From assembly GCF_009914755.1 (NCBI RefSeq), contig NC_060939.1: a stretch of 64,000 nucleotides of DNA, one strand, 5' to 3'. Below, piece by piece: positions 1 to 21,766 of the stretch (position 1 is the stretch's first letter; each line of letters begins with the position of its first letter). Source of the stretch: the human T2T-CHM13v2.0 reference genome, Homo sapiens. The notes under the pieces were generated by a model. The model did no database searches and was not told the origin of the DNA. It saw nothing but the letters and a program-made list of their open reading frames with translations. A program made the translations under genes and the position numbers.

Positions 1-1499
1 CTTACAGGGGTGAAAAGGTGCTGTTGCCCAATCTCAGGCACACAGGCGTCCAATAAACCACCCTGACTCCACCCCAACTGGAGTTGAATTTTACTGAGTC
101 CATGTGTCCAGAATGGTAGAAGTGGACACAGTACTCACTCATGCTGGAGAGTAAGCAAAAAAGTACCACATGGCCAAACCCAGGAGCCCAGCATTCTATT
201 TCAACCTCCAACTGTGTAGTTCCAACAAAGGGCTGTGGACACTGATGAAAAGGGCATAATCTGAAGTCCTCAAGAAAGGAAGGACTCACAGAGAAATTAA
301 AGGCTAGGATCCTGAAGGACAGAGGGGTGGGAGTGCTTACGATATTTGTATGAGATGGTTACTGGCCCAACCTAGCCTTCAGAGGGTTTGTGCCAGAGCA
401 GTGGAAATGACTGGCGAGAGGTTGGGTAGAAAGTCACATACAAGATCCCTGGAGTCTTAAAGGGCTGGGGCTGACCATGTCCTTTGCCTCTGAATCTCCT
501 GAACCTGGAACAAAACCTTGTAGAGCAGGTGGAGGAGTCCAGAATGAAGTGAAGATCTAAAAATATGTCTTGAAGCAGGAAGAGATCTGAGGCAGAAACC
601 AGCAAGGAGGCAAAAACAGTAGTTTCAAAGGACAGGTGATTAAGACTTGGACAAGGCTGGTGGCAACGAGCAGAGAACAGGCCAAGACCAAAGAGATTCT
701 TCAACAGAAGAGTCTGCAGTACTCAGACAGCATAAGCAGGATGGGCAAGCAAGGAAGAATCAGGCCTGGTAGGTGCTGGGCCTACACGGTCTTGGGATGA
801 GAGGACCTGGCAGAAGTTACAAGAGGGGAGCCAATTTCACTGGAAGATGAAAAAGCCAATTTTGCCCACAAAAGAGTTTGGGATTACAGGACATCCCGAA
901 GAAGGATCCCACAGGAAGGTGAGGCTCAGGTAGGACATGAGGCTAGAAAGGTGAATCTGGGTCTAAAGGTGAGAGAAGCCACAAAGTGAGTCATTTATCT
1001 GAACTAGAAAAGAAGAAGGGAGTCAAAGATTGGCTATATTGGCTATGTTGGTGCTGGCGGGGAGAGGAACACAAAGGAAAAAGAAAAGTAGAGAGGAAGG
1101 AGAACTGCATCAGCCTATAGCCAGTGAATCAAAGAAAGATTAAATCCCTGTAAGGTGATGAGGAGGGAATGGGAGACAGGATGGTGTCTACAGGGGCACT
1201 GAGGAGGAAGGGGAAGGGCTCTGTGATATGCATATGGCCATCTCTGGTTGTGAAAGCAGGAGGGGAGGAAAAAGGAGCATGTTAATTAAGTCCTAGAACA
1301 TACTAAGGTGGGAAGACTACACAAGCTCCAGAGAATAAAGAAGCAGAGAAGGTAGGGAAGCTGTGGGTCACTGTGGGCAGCCAGAGGATGAGCCTGCCCT
1401 CTCTCTAACACAGAACAAGAGCCAGCTTTGTTACATGGATTTATTTTAAATCTAATGTGACCATCCCAATAAAATAGGCATTTCTCCTCTTACCCTATA

Positions 1500-1840
1500 G
1501 ATTTTTTTAGAGAAGCTTTAAGGTTTACAGTAAATCTGAGCAGAAAGTACAGGGATTCTCCAAATACTCTCTGCCCCCACACTTGTGTGACTTCCCCACT
1601 ATCAGGATCCCGCATGAGAGTGGAACATTTTTTTATACTGACCCATCATCCCCACCGAAAGTCCATGGTTTGCATCAGAGTTCACTCCTGGTGTTTCTTT
1701 TACCTTCTATGGGTTTGGACCAAAGTATAATGACATGTATCCACCATATACAGAATAGTTTCACTGCCCTAAAAATCCTCTGTGCTATGTCTCTTCATCC
1801 CTTCCTGCTAAACCCCTGGCAACCACTGATCTTTTTTACT
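1500..1840 (-). mobile_element. LINE-1 3' end (L1MC-like)
   Basis: aggtttacag...ctgagcagaaagtacag...aagtccatggtttgcatcagagttcactc motif. Confidence 0.6.
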
Positions 1841-1992
1841 AAAATAGGCATTTTAGTTTCCCATCTTATAGAAGAGAAGAGGAAACAAAGTTTCAGAGAT
1901 ATTAAATATCTAGTCCAATGTCACAAAAGTTGTGTGCTCTCAAATCCGATTTTACCACCGCACTGATTCCTGAGCTCAAAACTTGCTTTGAC

Positions 1993-2125
1993 AAGTGGTT
2001 CTCAAACACTACCCACTAGAACCACCTGGGGATCTTTATTCAGTTGGAGATTCCTAAATTCCACCCAGAGTGATTCAGTAAGTCTGGGATAAGGCCCAAG
2101 AATGTGCAATGAGATCCCCAGGTGA
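1993..2125. mobile_element. MER5-type hAT-Charlie MITE (similar copies near 12570-12685 and 23905-24060)
   Basis: agtggttctcaaac...cacctgggga...gattcagtaagtctggg...ggcccaagaat motif. Confidence 0.65.
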
Positions 2126-2716
2126 GATAAACTCGTTAGAGACCCATGCTGCCAAGGATACATAAGGCTGATATTAGAAAAAGCGTAGGAAGAGAGAATC
2201 TTATGGGGAAAACCCACAAAACTAAATAAAGCCCTGAATAAGAATGAAGAAGTGACCCACAGGTGGGTGTGGGCTAAAGAGGAATTCACCCCCACAGACT
2301 GGGAGGTCACAAGGCACAGGAAGGGCAGGACCAGGGAAAAACAGCTGTAGGTTTATCAGTTAAGTCCAAGTAGAGAAGTTTGCTGTTCTCAATTTCATTT
2401 CTAAGACAAGAGGTTTGAAACCAAAGTGTTGGCTACAAGAAAGAAGAGCAGAATAAAGACGGGCAGACAGTTTGATTACCATGGGCAGGCATGCGCATGT
2501 GTGCATGCACACACCCCATTAAGTCCCAAAGGTTGCTTTTTTTTTTTTTTAATGTAATTGAGAGGATACTGCTATTTTATTGTGGGACAAGAAGAGCCTT
2601 CTTGCCTCAGCAGGAATACTCCTTGCCTGCAGCCTGCCTATCCACCTACCACAAGAAAATCCAGTGCCTCAATATTCCAAGACCCTCGATCCAGAAAGGA
2701 CATCACGCTAACTCAC

Positions 2717-2853
2717 CTCCTTGCAGCGCATCCTTCGGCTGGACATCTTGAAATAATATTCACTCAGGCCATCTGGGCTCAGCGGGTCATGAGAGCAAGC
2801 CTGAAGCAAGGATCGGACAGACTTCTCTAGTTCGAAGACCAGATACACATACC
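2717..2853 (-). CDS. CPEB1: CPEB1 internal exon, 137 nt: (G)[45 protein letters not shown] (RRM1, RNP1)
   Basis: Acceptor aatag|GG and donor GAG|gtgagt. RNP1 motif KGYVYLVF forms across the junction. Confidence 0.96.
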
Positions 2854-3688
2854 CTATTCCCAATGAGAGGAAAAATCGAATTAATATCCCTTAGGTGGCC
2901 ACTCCTCAGCCTTGGCTTTGCAGCAGGGCGTTTCTTCCAAGAAAGAAGGTCTTGTGTATAAGATACATTTTTGTTTTACTCCTGAAAAGTCGTGTTGAGT
3001 GGAAGCATTTGCTATGCAGATGCCCTGGGTTGTGGGCCTCCCTCCCACCCTGGTGAAGGAAAGGACTGGCAAGCTGAGACAGAGGATCCCACCATTACCA
3101 CAGCTCTCTATGCAAGAACACAGAGCATGTTCAGGTCAGCAGAGCCAGGCTTTCCTGGTGGCAGGAAAGATGGCAGGTATTGCTTTAAACACCTACTTAA
3201 ACCATTAGTTCAGTTCAATGAAGATGGGGCAGGGTGAAAATAGCACCTGCTCCTTTCTACAGGGAAGGGATCTCATTTCAGACCAGTGAGGAATCAGATG
3301 CTTGGTCCTCATTCCTGCCAACTCCAAAGGGACTTCAGAATTAGGTCAGGCAACAACGTAACTGGGCAGGACAGGCAGGCAAGGGAAAGCTTTTCAAACG
3401 CCTTATTTTGAGAGGAAAGGTGCTGCTTGGGTTCAGGTTTAGAGAGAAGTGTACAAGGAAGGGGTTTCAGAGGCAACTCCCACTGCTGTGTAAGTCTGGA
3501 CAGATGGAACATTAGCTCAGAAGAAACAGAGGGACATGTTAGGTTGAAGAGAAAGTGCTGACAGATGGCAGGTCTGTGCCCTGGAGTGCCCACCATGTTA
3601 CCAACATGCAGCTGTGACATCCCAGCACCCCTAGGTGCAGTTATGTACTAGGGAAGGGAAAAAAAAGCTCCTACCATGTCTTTATTAC

Positions 3689-3793
3689 CTTTAGGCATAT
3701 TACCTTTGGGAGGACACCGGGGATGCTTGCCATCCTTACCAGGCCACTCCACACTCAAAGAGCCAAAAACACGGAAGGTGTTAACTAATCCAG
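3689..3793 (-). CDS. CPEB1: CPEB1 internal exon in RRM1, 105 nt (or 90 nt, 3704-3793, with the alternative donor): (A)[29 protein letters not shown][GNMPK]
   Basis: Acceptor tttgcag|CT. Two AAAG|gtaata donors 15 nt apart (GT at 3703-3702 and 3688-3687). Not in the ORF track; translated by hand. Confidence 0.95.
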
Positions 3794-4115
3794 CTGCAAA
3801 GAGACAGAAAAGAATGGCAGAAGCTGAGGAACCATCTTTCCCAGTAAAGACACAAACACAGAATCACCAGCATTCTCCTCCCTGGCTCATCCCCACTGAC
3901 AAACAACTCAGAAACGAATGCTGATCTCCGGTTGTAAGCTCCCGACATAAGGAGCACTATGGGGGTCTATGAAATGCACCTCTCCCCTCAGACACTCATG
4001 TAATACCCTGAGCTCAGGCAGGGCATTCAGCCCCTGGCCTCAATTCCAAGTTTCATGCTCCTGAAAGACATGCCCCACCCTTCAACTCTTAAAGCAGGTC
4101 TTAGAGACAGCTCAC

Positions 4116-4229
4116 CTTCTGTAATATCCCAAGGAACACCTCCTAGAAACACCTTGCAAGAGTAGATGGGGTTCTTATAGTTCCGGGGAGGAAGCTGGCC
4201 ACTCCAGGTACAGGTGGCTTCATTCACAG
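4116..4229 (-). CDS. CPEB1: CPEB1 internal exon, 114 nt: (A)[37 protein letters not shown] (start of RRM1, RNP2)
   Basis: Acceptor ctaccaaag|CT and donor GAAG|gtgagc. RNP2 motif VFLGGV. Confidence 0.96.
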
Positions 4230-6106
4230 CTTTGGTAGATGGCAAAGAGATAAACAGGGGAGGTTAGAGAATCAACAAAGCCACACTCTTCCCTGGGGTG
4301 AACTTGTCCAGTAAGAACCTGACTGGCCACAATCCTTGCCCAGATGCCTGAGAGAATATCCATGATTATTCTGAAAAGCAAGAAATCTATGTCTCACCAA
4401 TCCACTCAGTCAAGTATGATAATCCTACTTTGCTAATTCTGTCCCCACTAAAATTGAAAGGAATACCAAACCAGATGTGTAGGGTAAAAATTTACACCCC
4501 ATGTTATTTTCAAACATTCAACTAATATGCTAACCACAAAGCAGTTTTATCCTGTTATTGCTTACAGTACTAATTCATAATTACTTGAAAATAAACATAG
4601 CAATACAACATCTTGCAGGCTTACTGGTACAAATGGGCCTTCTCCCCAATGTTCAAATGAGAAACATTCTATTCTGTTTCCTTGTCTTGGCTCTGAACTC
4701 ATGAATCACAGAAGTTAGGACACTGCCAATAAAAACCAGCACTGGCAACCCAGTAAGACAAGAATGTCACAACTGTTCCAAGCCAGACTCATCTTTATAG
4801 CACCCAAATAGACAATGGGCCTTCCTTGATGCCAGCATGGTAACGTAATGAATCAGTCTTCAATCCTGTCCCCACTGTTTGTACCTTTCCAAATCAGAGA
4901 CTGACCTTAGTGAGGACTAGCTAGTTCTTGCCCATTTATTTCACCCTCCTCTTTCAGCAAAGAGGCAGACAGCCAATGAAAGGAACTATCATTTTCATTC
5001 AGGACAAAGATGTGGAAGGATATTTCCTAAAAGGAATAGGCCCAACGTGTTGCTACAGCAAGAAACTGGGCAATGTCAGCAATCTTTTACGACAAAAACA
5101 GAATATAATGGTCTCATCCAAAAGCATGGTAATGTCATTTCACAGGAAAACAATGGCACCAGAGAAAGTACAAAGATGGGTTGCCAAAATCATTAGGTGA
5201 ACAGGGCACAGCACTATCAGAGGAGAATGAGATCCAGCCCAACTCTGTGAGCAAACAGACACACTGAAGCCTATGGAAACAAATGGAATGCAGAAACTAA
5301 CACTAACTTAGTCATCAAATTCAGGACCTCTGAAGAGCCAGTGGTTAATGAATATCTCCCTGAAGCAGTACTAGACAAAGATGAAAAACACATTTAATAC
5401 ATATTTAGGATAATTTTTTTTTAAACCTTTTAAAATATATAGAGATGGGGTCTTGCTATGTTTCCCAGGCTGGGCAACTCCTCGGCTCAAGCCATCCTGC
5501 TGCCTCTGCTTAAGTGCTGAGCCACCCAGGCCAGCCTAAGATTAAATTTAAATGTCAGAACCTTAAGGATTCCTAAGAGACCAGGACATCTGGTGACACT
5601 CCTCACTTTAGAGGTTGACAAATGGACCCCTCCTTCCCCAGTGCATCCCTGACTATACCAATCAGAAAGCCTCAGGGAAGAAAGCTCCAGCATGAGTTGT
5701 GTCTGATGGTCTTTGAATTAGAATGTGGAGAGGGTAGACAAAATTCTGGATATCCCTTCCAGAGTTTCTCTTGAGGACATCCACCCGTGGAAAAAGTAAA
5801 AGCAAGAGCAGCACACAGCCAGTCTCCACGGAACGGCACAAGTGAGAGATGGAGCCAGCTCCTTGTGCTGTGGCACATGCATGTGCCAGATAACCTGCCT
5901 CTTTCCTCTCCACTCAGCCTCAAGAAGTTCCTGAGTCTGTTCCCATTAGTATTTACTCCACAGAAAGATAATTCTTTGCAGATCTGGAGACTTCACCATG
6001 CAACCAAGCCTCCTCTAGACAGTTCACAAGTGTGTGAACTAAGGTCACTTCCTCTCTGCTCCCAAAATGAGGCCTCAGGCCTCACACATGCTCAAGGCAC
6101 ACTCAC

Positions 6107-6359
6107 CTGCAGCTTGTCGGTGCAGCCTGGCCTCTCTCTCTATGCTGAAGGGGTCTTTGGGAGCTTCGAGGAGGTCCCAGGATGGCCACACAGAAGCTCC
6201 TGGCCATCTCTTTGAAGCACTGGTTGGGGAGGGAGTGACTGCAGCAAGAGCAGCTTGCTCTTGGTCCATCCGAGACCCTACCCCCATCTTTAAAGGGTCT
6301 CTGGGACCACCCCCTGACAGAGACAGGAAGGGCAGAGGTGGAGAAATGCGAAGGCTTGA
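6107..6359 (-). CDS. CPEB1: CPEB1 internal exon, 253 nt: SSLRISPP...[11 protein letters not shown]
   Basis: Acceptor tcccctag|TCA and donor GCAG|gtgagt. Phase 0 in, phase 1 out, matching its neighbours. Confidence 0.96.
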
Positions 6360-7996
6360 CTAGGGGAGGAAAAAGGAAGACAGGGTTTTAAAGGCTAGTT
6401 TTGTTATAAAGTAATAATCACATTATAGAAATTATTAAAAACATCCAATAGACATTTAGCATTTGATATATATTCTTTTAGACTTTCTTCCTGAGCAATT
6501 TTGATTAGTTCTAGTTATACTATAATTTAAACAAATGCTCCTTCTCTCCTCATTCAACTTTTCCATATTGCCAGTCTTTATAACCATTTAAAATGCATTT
6601 ATCATATTCTATTTAGGGAACAAGGTACATCTCACTGACCCATACTCTTCCTGTTATATATATACTTTCCAAGTTTTCAGAACCATAAATAAAAATTAAG
6701 ATGTAGCTTCTTCATATTTTGTGTTTTCTTTGGTCAGATTCCTAGAAAGCCGAATGCCAAAAATGCTATCTATGAGAGCTCTGCATTGTATCATAAATGT
6801 ATCAGAACACCATAAGCTGTGTCAAACCTTTAAATTCTAATTTACGTGTGTGAAATGATACATTATCAAAATAACTCGTTGACAGAATATTTTAAAATCC
6901 CCAAATATTAATCAGTCATGAGATAAATTTCCAAGACTGAGTCCAATCTAAGTAATATAGACAGAACTACCAGCACTGTATCTGACCCCATTTTACAGAA
7001 GAGGTAACTGCAGCCCAGAGAAGCAAAGAGACCCGCATGTGACTGCCCTTTTAGAAATGCAGCCTTAACAGATAAAACCAATGGTCAGTGAGAACACCAT
7101 CGCCAACTTCCATATTCTAGGACAGGCTGACAGGCGATCACAACCAAAGTTGCCAGTCCTGGGTATGGGGAAGAGAAGAAGGTGGTAAAATAAGTAATTC
7201 TATTCACTGCACATTCAGCTCGGGAGATTTGGCAACAAAAATGCTTATAAGGCATCTGAAACTGTATTCTTATTTTGGGGTAATTTCTCACTGCCAATCC
7301 CACCTGTATTTACTTCTACTATCCCCTATCTATATTATCTGTACTAATCTATCTATAATATCCCCTACCTATTCTAATTCATTTGCCAACTCCACTTAGC
7401 ATGAAGACCACACGCATCATACATGGCTGTAGATAAGGAACGTGAAATGCAAAAATTAACTGAGGCAATGTTTCATAGATTCATCATGGCATGAATTGAA
7501 AGCTGACACGGGTCAGTGGAAAAAATACAGGAGCTACAGTCAGATCTGGATTAAAATCCTATCTCTGCTAATTACTACTTAAAAATTTTTTACGTTATTA
7601 CTTAATTGTGAGATATCATACATCAAAGTACATAAATGACACTGTTTAAGGGCTAAAGAAAGCACCCCGTGTAGGTAAAGAAACAGAACACTGCCAGGGC
7701 CCTCACGTTTACTTTTGAAATTAAGTGTTTTCCAGTACTCTTGGAGTAGCTAGTAAAATGAGAGTCCTGAGCTCAGGTCCTGCAATGTATTGCTCAATGG
7801 GTCTTCAAAGCATCCTCTATCCTGTTAAGGATGAGAACTCTACAAATGTCCACAATAATCTCCACTCCTCCCCTCATCCCATCTCCCAGCCTGCATTCCA
7901 GGGGACAGGCATCCCATAGATATTGTACCCTCCTTCCCCTTGGACACACACAGGCAACTCCACCCACAACTCCCCTTTCCCAAATGAGTTACATAC

Positions 7997-8223
7997 AATC
8001 AAATCTGAGAGATGATCTGATCCAGAGCTGAAGCCACTGGTGTCTGAGTCAGAGGGGCTGCTAGATCGAGAGTCCAGGATGGGCCGGGTGTCCAGGCGTG
8101 ATCCTCTAACTGAGGGTGCTGGAAACTTGTCCACCAAGTCAGACCCAAGGGGATCCAGAGGCAGGAAGCTCAAGGGGGGTTTTCCTAGGACATTTCCCAG
8201 TGGGTTATGGAGCATGCTCAGTA
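7997..8223 (-). CDS. CPEB1: CPEB1 internal exon, 227 nt: (V)LSMLHNPLG...[33 protein letters not shown]
   Basis: Acceptor ctcctag|TA and donor ATT|gtatgt. Encodes the LDTR/LDSR phospho-motifs, the PEST region and the TSGFSS beta-TrCP-type degron known for CPEB1. Confidence 0.96.
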
Positions 8224-9869
8224 CTAGGAGGACAAAAAAGGAAACCTCATGACCTCTTAGTTTTCTTTGCAGCCAACAGCCTCTTTCTTCTCCTACAGCC
8301 ACCCAACAAGAGATACCAAAGGCAAGACAACTAAAAGCATGCCAGCAAAACACAATATAATGAACAGATATATATCCAGCTCTGAGACCTGGCCGCAAGG
8401 GCCTTGTTAGAAGAAGTTACAAGCTGACTGAAGACCAGAGTTCCTGCTGTTACAATAGCAGCAAAACTGCTGGGTTATACTACCCAGGCTTAAAAGGTCA
8501 ATGCCAGTACTTGGGAAACTGTCACTGGGGTCCCTGGTCACAGCTGCTATTAATGCCTGGATACACCTACAGCAGTTAGAAATCCCAAACCATACTTCAT
8601 CTTTACTGCCTGACGATTTGTTTATTAGAAGAATTCTCACCTTTCTAATGCTATAATATAGAATTTCAGGCCACACCCCAGAAATCTGGTATAGCATAAG
8701 CATACCACCTCATGTGAGAGGTTCACTTATGCAAACTTCTAGCATATACAGATTCTCTTCAATGTACCCCTGAACTTGAAATGTTTAGGATGGAAGCAGA
8801 ATGACATGGTTAAGCCCATTCTTTGACTTAAACTTAGGATTAAACCCTGTGTCTGACACCTCTTGTATATGTCTGTGAGCTCTGGGAAGCTCACTTAGCT
8901 TCTCTGACCCTCTGTTTTCTCACTGGCATTTAGGGTGGAGTATCAACTATTTCATGACATTGTTAGGACAGCTCAATAATTAGATACCAGATGGAAAGAG
9001 CTCAGCACAGTAGCACCCAGCACACAATAAATATTTAAATATGAAACAAAAAAAGAGCAACGTTTTCCACACTTGGCCTTGGGGAACCTAAGCAAAGCAC
9101 ACCCTCTATCTATGAGAATAAGGAATAAGAGGGCTTTGCCATGGAGCTATGGGTGTGCTAAATCTAGGAAAGAAGCCTTAATTTGAAGTTTTTTTTTTTT
9201 TCATCTGAAGAATGAGAACATTCACCTCAAAATGGCTGAGGTAAAACCAAAATCATATGTGTAAGTGCTGAATAACTGGCTGTGATTGGCCCCACTTCCG
9301 CCCTGACTAGCAATGAAATGAAACACAGGTCACCCAGAGCTGGTTTCCTCCCAGGCCTCTAAGTCAGTTTGAATGCTTGTCTGGAGCTGGAGTCCCAAGA
9401 AGCAGGAATAAACCTCTCAAGACTGAAATCAAAATCAATGCATGCTTTCAGGGTACGAGACACACATGCCATTGATGGAACATATACACAAGATCCCAAA
9501 CATCTGTTAATATGGGACCAGACCAGCCCACGCTCCTTTAGGTATATGACCTCCCCTTTTGGATAAGACATGGTAGGTGTATCCTTAACATTTAACACAG
9601 GGGAAACTGTAGATATATCTATTTATCTAGTTATTATTTTGTAGTAAAAATAGCTTTAATTTTTAAAGAGACTGTCACAATACTGTTTTCCAAGTAGATG
9701 GAACTATATACCATTTTACATTCCCACCGGCAGTGATGAGAGTTTCAGTCCCTCTACAACCTGGCCAACACCTGGTTTGGTCAATCTTTTTATATCTAGC
9801 CAGTCTAATATGTATGTATGTTGTGGGATGTGGGTGGGGTGGAGCCACAGCACATCCAGCAAGGAGTTA

Positions 9870-17894
<8,025 letters not shown>

Positions 17895-20800
17895 ACCAGA
17901 GTGTGAACAGGTTAGTCCTCAAGAGACTTCTAAAGGGGAGTGGCAAAAAACAGACATGTCCTCTGGCAACCTTAGACTGCACATCTGGTCTGCCCACTGG
18001 GCTTCTGTACAAGGCATCATTAAGAGAGTCCTTGTTTCCAGGTCCCCCACAGTAGTCTCAGTCACCTCACTCTTCTGCTGCATAATGCTGCACACAAAAG
18101 AGTCGCAAGGGGGAAGGCAGGAAGACAAATCCAGCGGGTGGTACAGCTGATAAGCTGAGACTCAGGGATCAAGATGGGGCTGGAACTGTCTACCATATGC
18201 CCTCACCTTCAGAGATCTCATCAAGGGAGCACATCACCTCTAGCTGAATAGCCCCTATAGTAGTATATGGTTACTTTAAGTTTTCTCACCCAATATGTTA
18301 GAGTTCTGCTAACAGGACCACAGGTGTAACAGGAAGCATATGAATTTTGTAACCAGAGACCTGGGTTAGAATTCTGAGCCTTCCAGGAGTTGTGTCACTT
18401 TGGGCACTTTGTAACCTCCATGAGCCTATTTCCTCATCTGTACAAGCATTAAAATCATGTGATGTACTTAGCACAAAAATTAGTCGATAAATGGTGGTTA
18501 TTAGTCACTCCATGCCCCATTCCAGGATACTGAGGACAGTTTCCACAGCCCTTCTGTTCCACTACAGATCTTAAGACATTGCAAGCAGGACAAGGGTAGC
18601 CCTGGACATGAGAAAGGGTAGCACTGGGGTATGAGAAAAACGCACTTATAACACTCATCTTGCCCCCAAAGTCTTCCTCCCCATCAAGGGATAGTGCCTC
18701 AGGGTAGGCACAGTCTAGAAGAGAAGGACCCCACAAAGTGTTACATCCAAGCCCATGCAGGCCTTGCAGGTACAATTCTCAAAAACAGACTCTATCCCAG
18801 GGTCTTCTTGCAGGACTCTGAGGCCAAGGAAATCTAGATAGCAGAAGTACTCTGGCCCCTGGAGAATGGTATCCATGTACCAGCCTAAAGCTAAGAATCC
18901 AATGAAAGGTTGTTACAATGAAGAAAATCCTTAGGGGAAAAAATGAAAGCCCCTATCATAGCAGATGCAGCACTCGGTATACCTCCTCATTTGTTTTCCT
19001 TTGATAGCCACGGAGATTCTTAAAGGTAACAATTTTATCTTAATCAATGTTGTACTTCCAGTGCTGCACACAACGAATGCTCGACGTTTGCCAGATGAAT
19101 TTAGCCAACAGCCCTACTATCTCCAACCTTGCTCATTACTTAAGAGTGGTAGAAGATGGTCAGATGTGATGCCATAGCTGCCTTGGGCAATATATCACCA
19201 AGCAGAGCTCAAGGAATAAGCTTGCATCTTGGTCTCTACACAGAGACAACAGTGTAACAGGGTATCTGCAAGGATAACTCCGAAAATGCCCAGAGCTGTT
19301 GAAAGCCTCCTCCCTCACTGAAGCAACTGAGCTAGCTGGTTTTCAGACGGAAAGGCAGTGTAGGCACTGGAATGTGGGCTGCGTGTTCCCGCATTGCTGG
19401 TGAGGGTGCACGATCTGGCACTGCAGCTGGCTGGTGGGAGGGCTGCATCCTACTCCAGGAGGTAGTACCCTCATGTGGGCTTTCCAAGAAGGCCCAGAGC
19501 CCAGGGAAAGAAGAGCAATGGCTGTCACCACAGCTCCAAAACCAAAGGCAACATGACGATTAGGGATGGGTGTGTCCTCAACCCTCAGAAAGGAAAACAT
19601 ACCCACACTAACCTGCCTACACAGCCAGATCATACTGCTGGGGCAACTCTGGTTCTGGTCCTTATGAATTCTGAGGCTCAGGCTGCAGTCCCTCCCTGGT
19701 CGACAAAATCATGTAATATTTATCACTAAAGTGCTTGGGATGGAAAGTGGAAAAGAAAAACCATTTCTATTTCAGAGACAAACAGCTACAAGCACAGGCC
19801 TTTCAGGTGGTGGAGAAGCTGTGGATATTATGACTAGATCCAAGCTACTTTTAATAGCTCAATTTCATAGTAACTTTCAGACCAAGCTCTCCAAGCCCCC
19901 AGTGGGGCACACCTGCATTTCTATGGGCCCAATGTTATAATGTATTTCAGAAAGAGCATTGTAGCTTAGAGAATGAGAGCCAAAGAAGGGCTATACTTCA
20001 ACCTGATGCCAATGAAAGACAGTGCCTTGGTCAAACACTGATCACCCACAGACAGGTGCCCATCTCCTGTGTGAGTTCTTCTATCTTTTGCTCAGATACG
20101 GTGGAAGTGAGGACAGGGGAGGCTGGCTTCATAGGCCCCCAAGGTTGGCGTCAAGAACACACAAAACAAAGTACCGTGGTCTCCAGGCATAGAATACCAA
20201 ACAGTGATACCATACTTCCTTGCCCAGGGGAACAGGGTAGTTGCTGACCTTTCTGGAAAAACCTGAGTCAGCAGAAGGCCAGTACTTCAAGAAACCCTAT
20301 CTTAACCCAGAGATAGTTACTTAAGGTAAAGCTCTCCCCATCCACATCCACATAAAACAATTTCAATACCCCTCTCCTAAATGGGGTTTTACCAAAACAA
20401 CTGGGCATTAAAATGCCTAACAGACACAACGGGCCCAGGCTCTGCAAAGCATTCTAAAAAAAGACCTGCGCCAAACAGGGTGGAGGCCACAGAAATCAAC
20501 AAGACAGTACCTTGCTGCCATGGCTGCCGGTTCCTGGACCAGGGAGGGAAGGGAAGGACAGCAGACTTGGTGTTTCCCACTGTCAGTACCAACAGCGAAT
20601 GGCTGTACCACCCCCTCCCCCCCGCCCCTTACCACCTTTTCATTTTCCTAGAGTATCTGCTGCCAATACCTCTTTATTATAATTTACATAAAGCAAAATA
20701 TGTAGCTTGTAAGTATACCTGTAGTGTTTAAGTTCACATTTCTTCCTGAATACTCCAAGACTTGTATTTAGGCAACCCTCCTCCTTGTACCACAAGAGGG

Positions 20801-21577
20801 AAATAAACAGGTAACAGAAGGTATAAGCAGAAGCAATTTAAGGGGGGGCTGCCAAGAAGTCCCTTTAGTTTGTCCCCACTGAACCCTACCAAGAAGACAA
20901 GGGATCCTAAAGGGGAGTGGCTCTTCTTTTATCCAGCTGGTCACTCTCAACACAAAGGGAAAAAAAAAACAGATTCTATAGCTGGGAGTTACCCCACCCC
21001 ACTCACCCTGCCTACCCCTTTCCAGGATCAATGCTCTGAACCCTATGTTAAGTCAATTCCAAATATCTCAGTGCATTATCCAGCCTCATCTGAGGTTAAA
21101 ATCCTTCCCTTGCCATGATTCAGAGACCACTCACTCTTCATATAACTCCCTGGTTTTTAAAACCACTGAGTAATTCTGGTCATCCAGTAATCAACCCCTT
21201 AACTCCCCTCCCCCACCTAAAAGTGTTTTGCTTCATCATCTCCAAGACAGGCCTGGGCACCAGGGGGTTAGCTGGATCTTTTCTGCACAAGGCCACCACG
21301 CCTTGGGGACCCTCCTCAGGGCCACTCCAGGTGCAGACTAACAACTCCAGGGAATTTATCAGGGTAAGTGGAAGAGCCATGCCTGCCTTTACGTGGAGCC
21401 ATCTGTCCTGCCACACTCACAGCTTGCATTTCCATCTCTTGCAAAACAGCTCCATGTTGTATGTGTGTATGGTGGGGAGTGATGCAAAGGGGAACAGAAC
21501 AACTGTTGCTGTGGATATCTTCGTTCACCACCCCCATGCATCCCCTTACCCCAGCCAACTCATTCTCTGGCACTCAC

Positions 21578-21766
21578 CCGAGTGTGTGCTGCTCTGGGCT
21601 GAGGAATCTGAGTCCTGGGTGCTCCAGGGTCGGTCCCAGCCTGTCAGACTGAGGGACTGCAGGCCAAGGCACAAGTCATTTGCATCTGGGAGGCCACGGG
21701 AAGATTCTTGCGCAGAGGTTGGGAAAAGCATCCTGCTTGTAACTGTTTCTTCAGAGTCCTGGAAGT
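21578..21766 (-). CDS. CPEB1: CPEB1 internal exon, 189 nt, phase 1-1: (D)[19 protein letters not shown]...[10 protein letters not shown]...SSTHS
   Basis: Acceptor tccaaaacag|AC at 21768-21767 and donor TCGG|gtgagt at 21577-21572. Contains the leucine-rich NES-like [10 protein letters not shown] and an in-frame ATG at 21731-21729. Confidence 0.96.
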
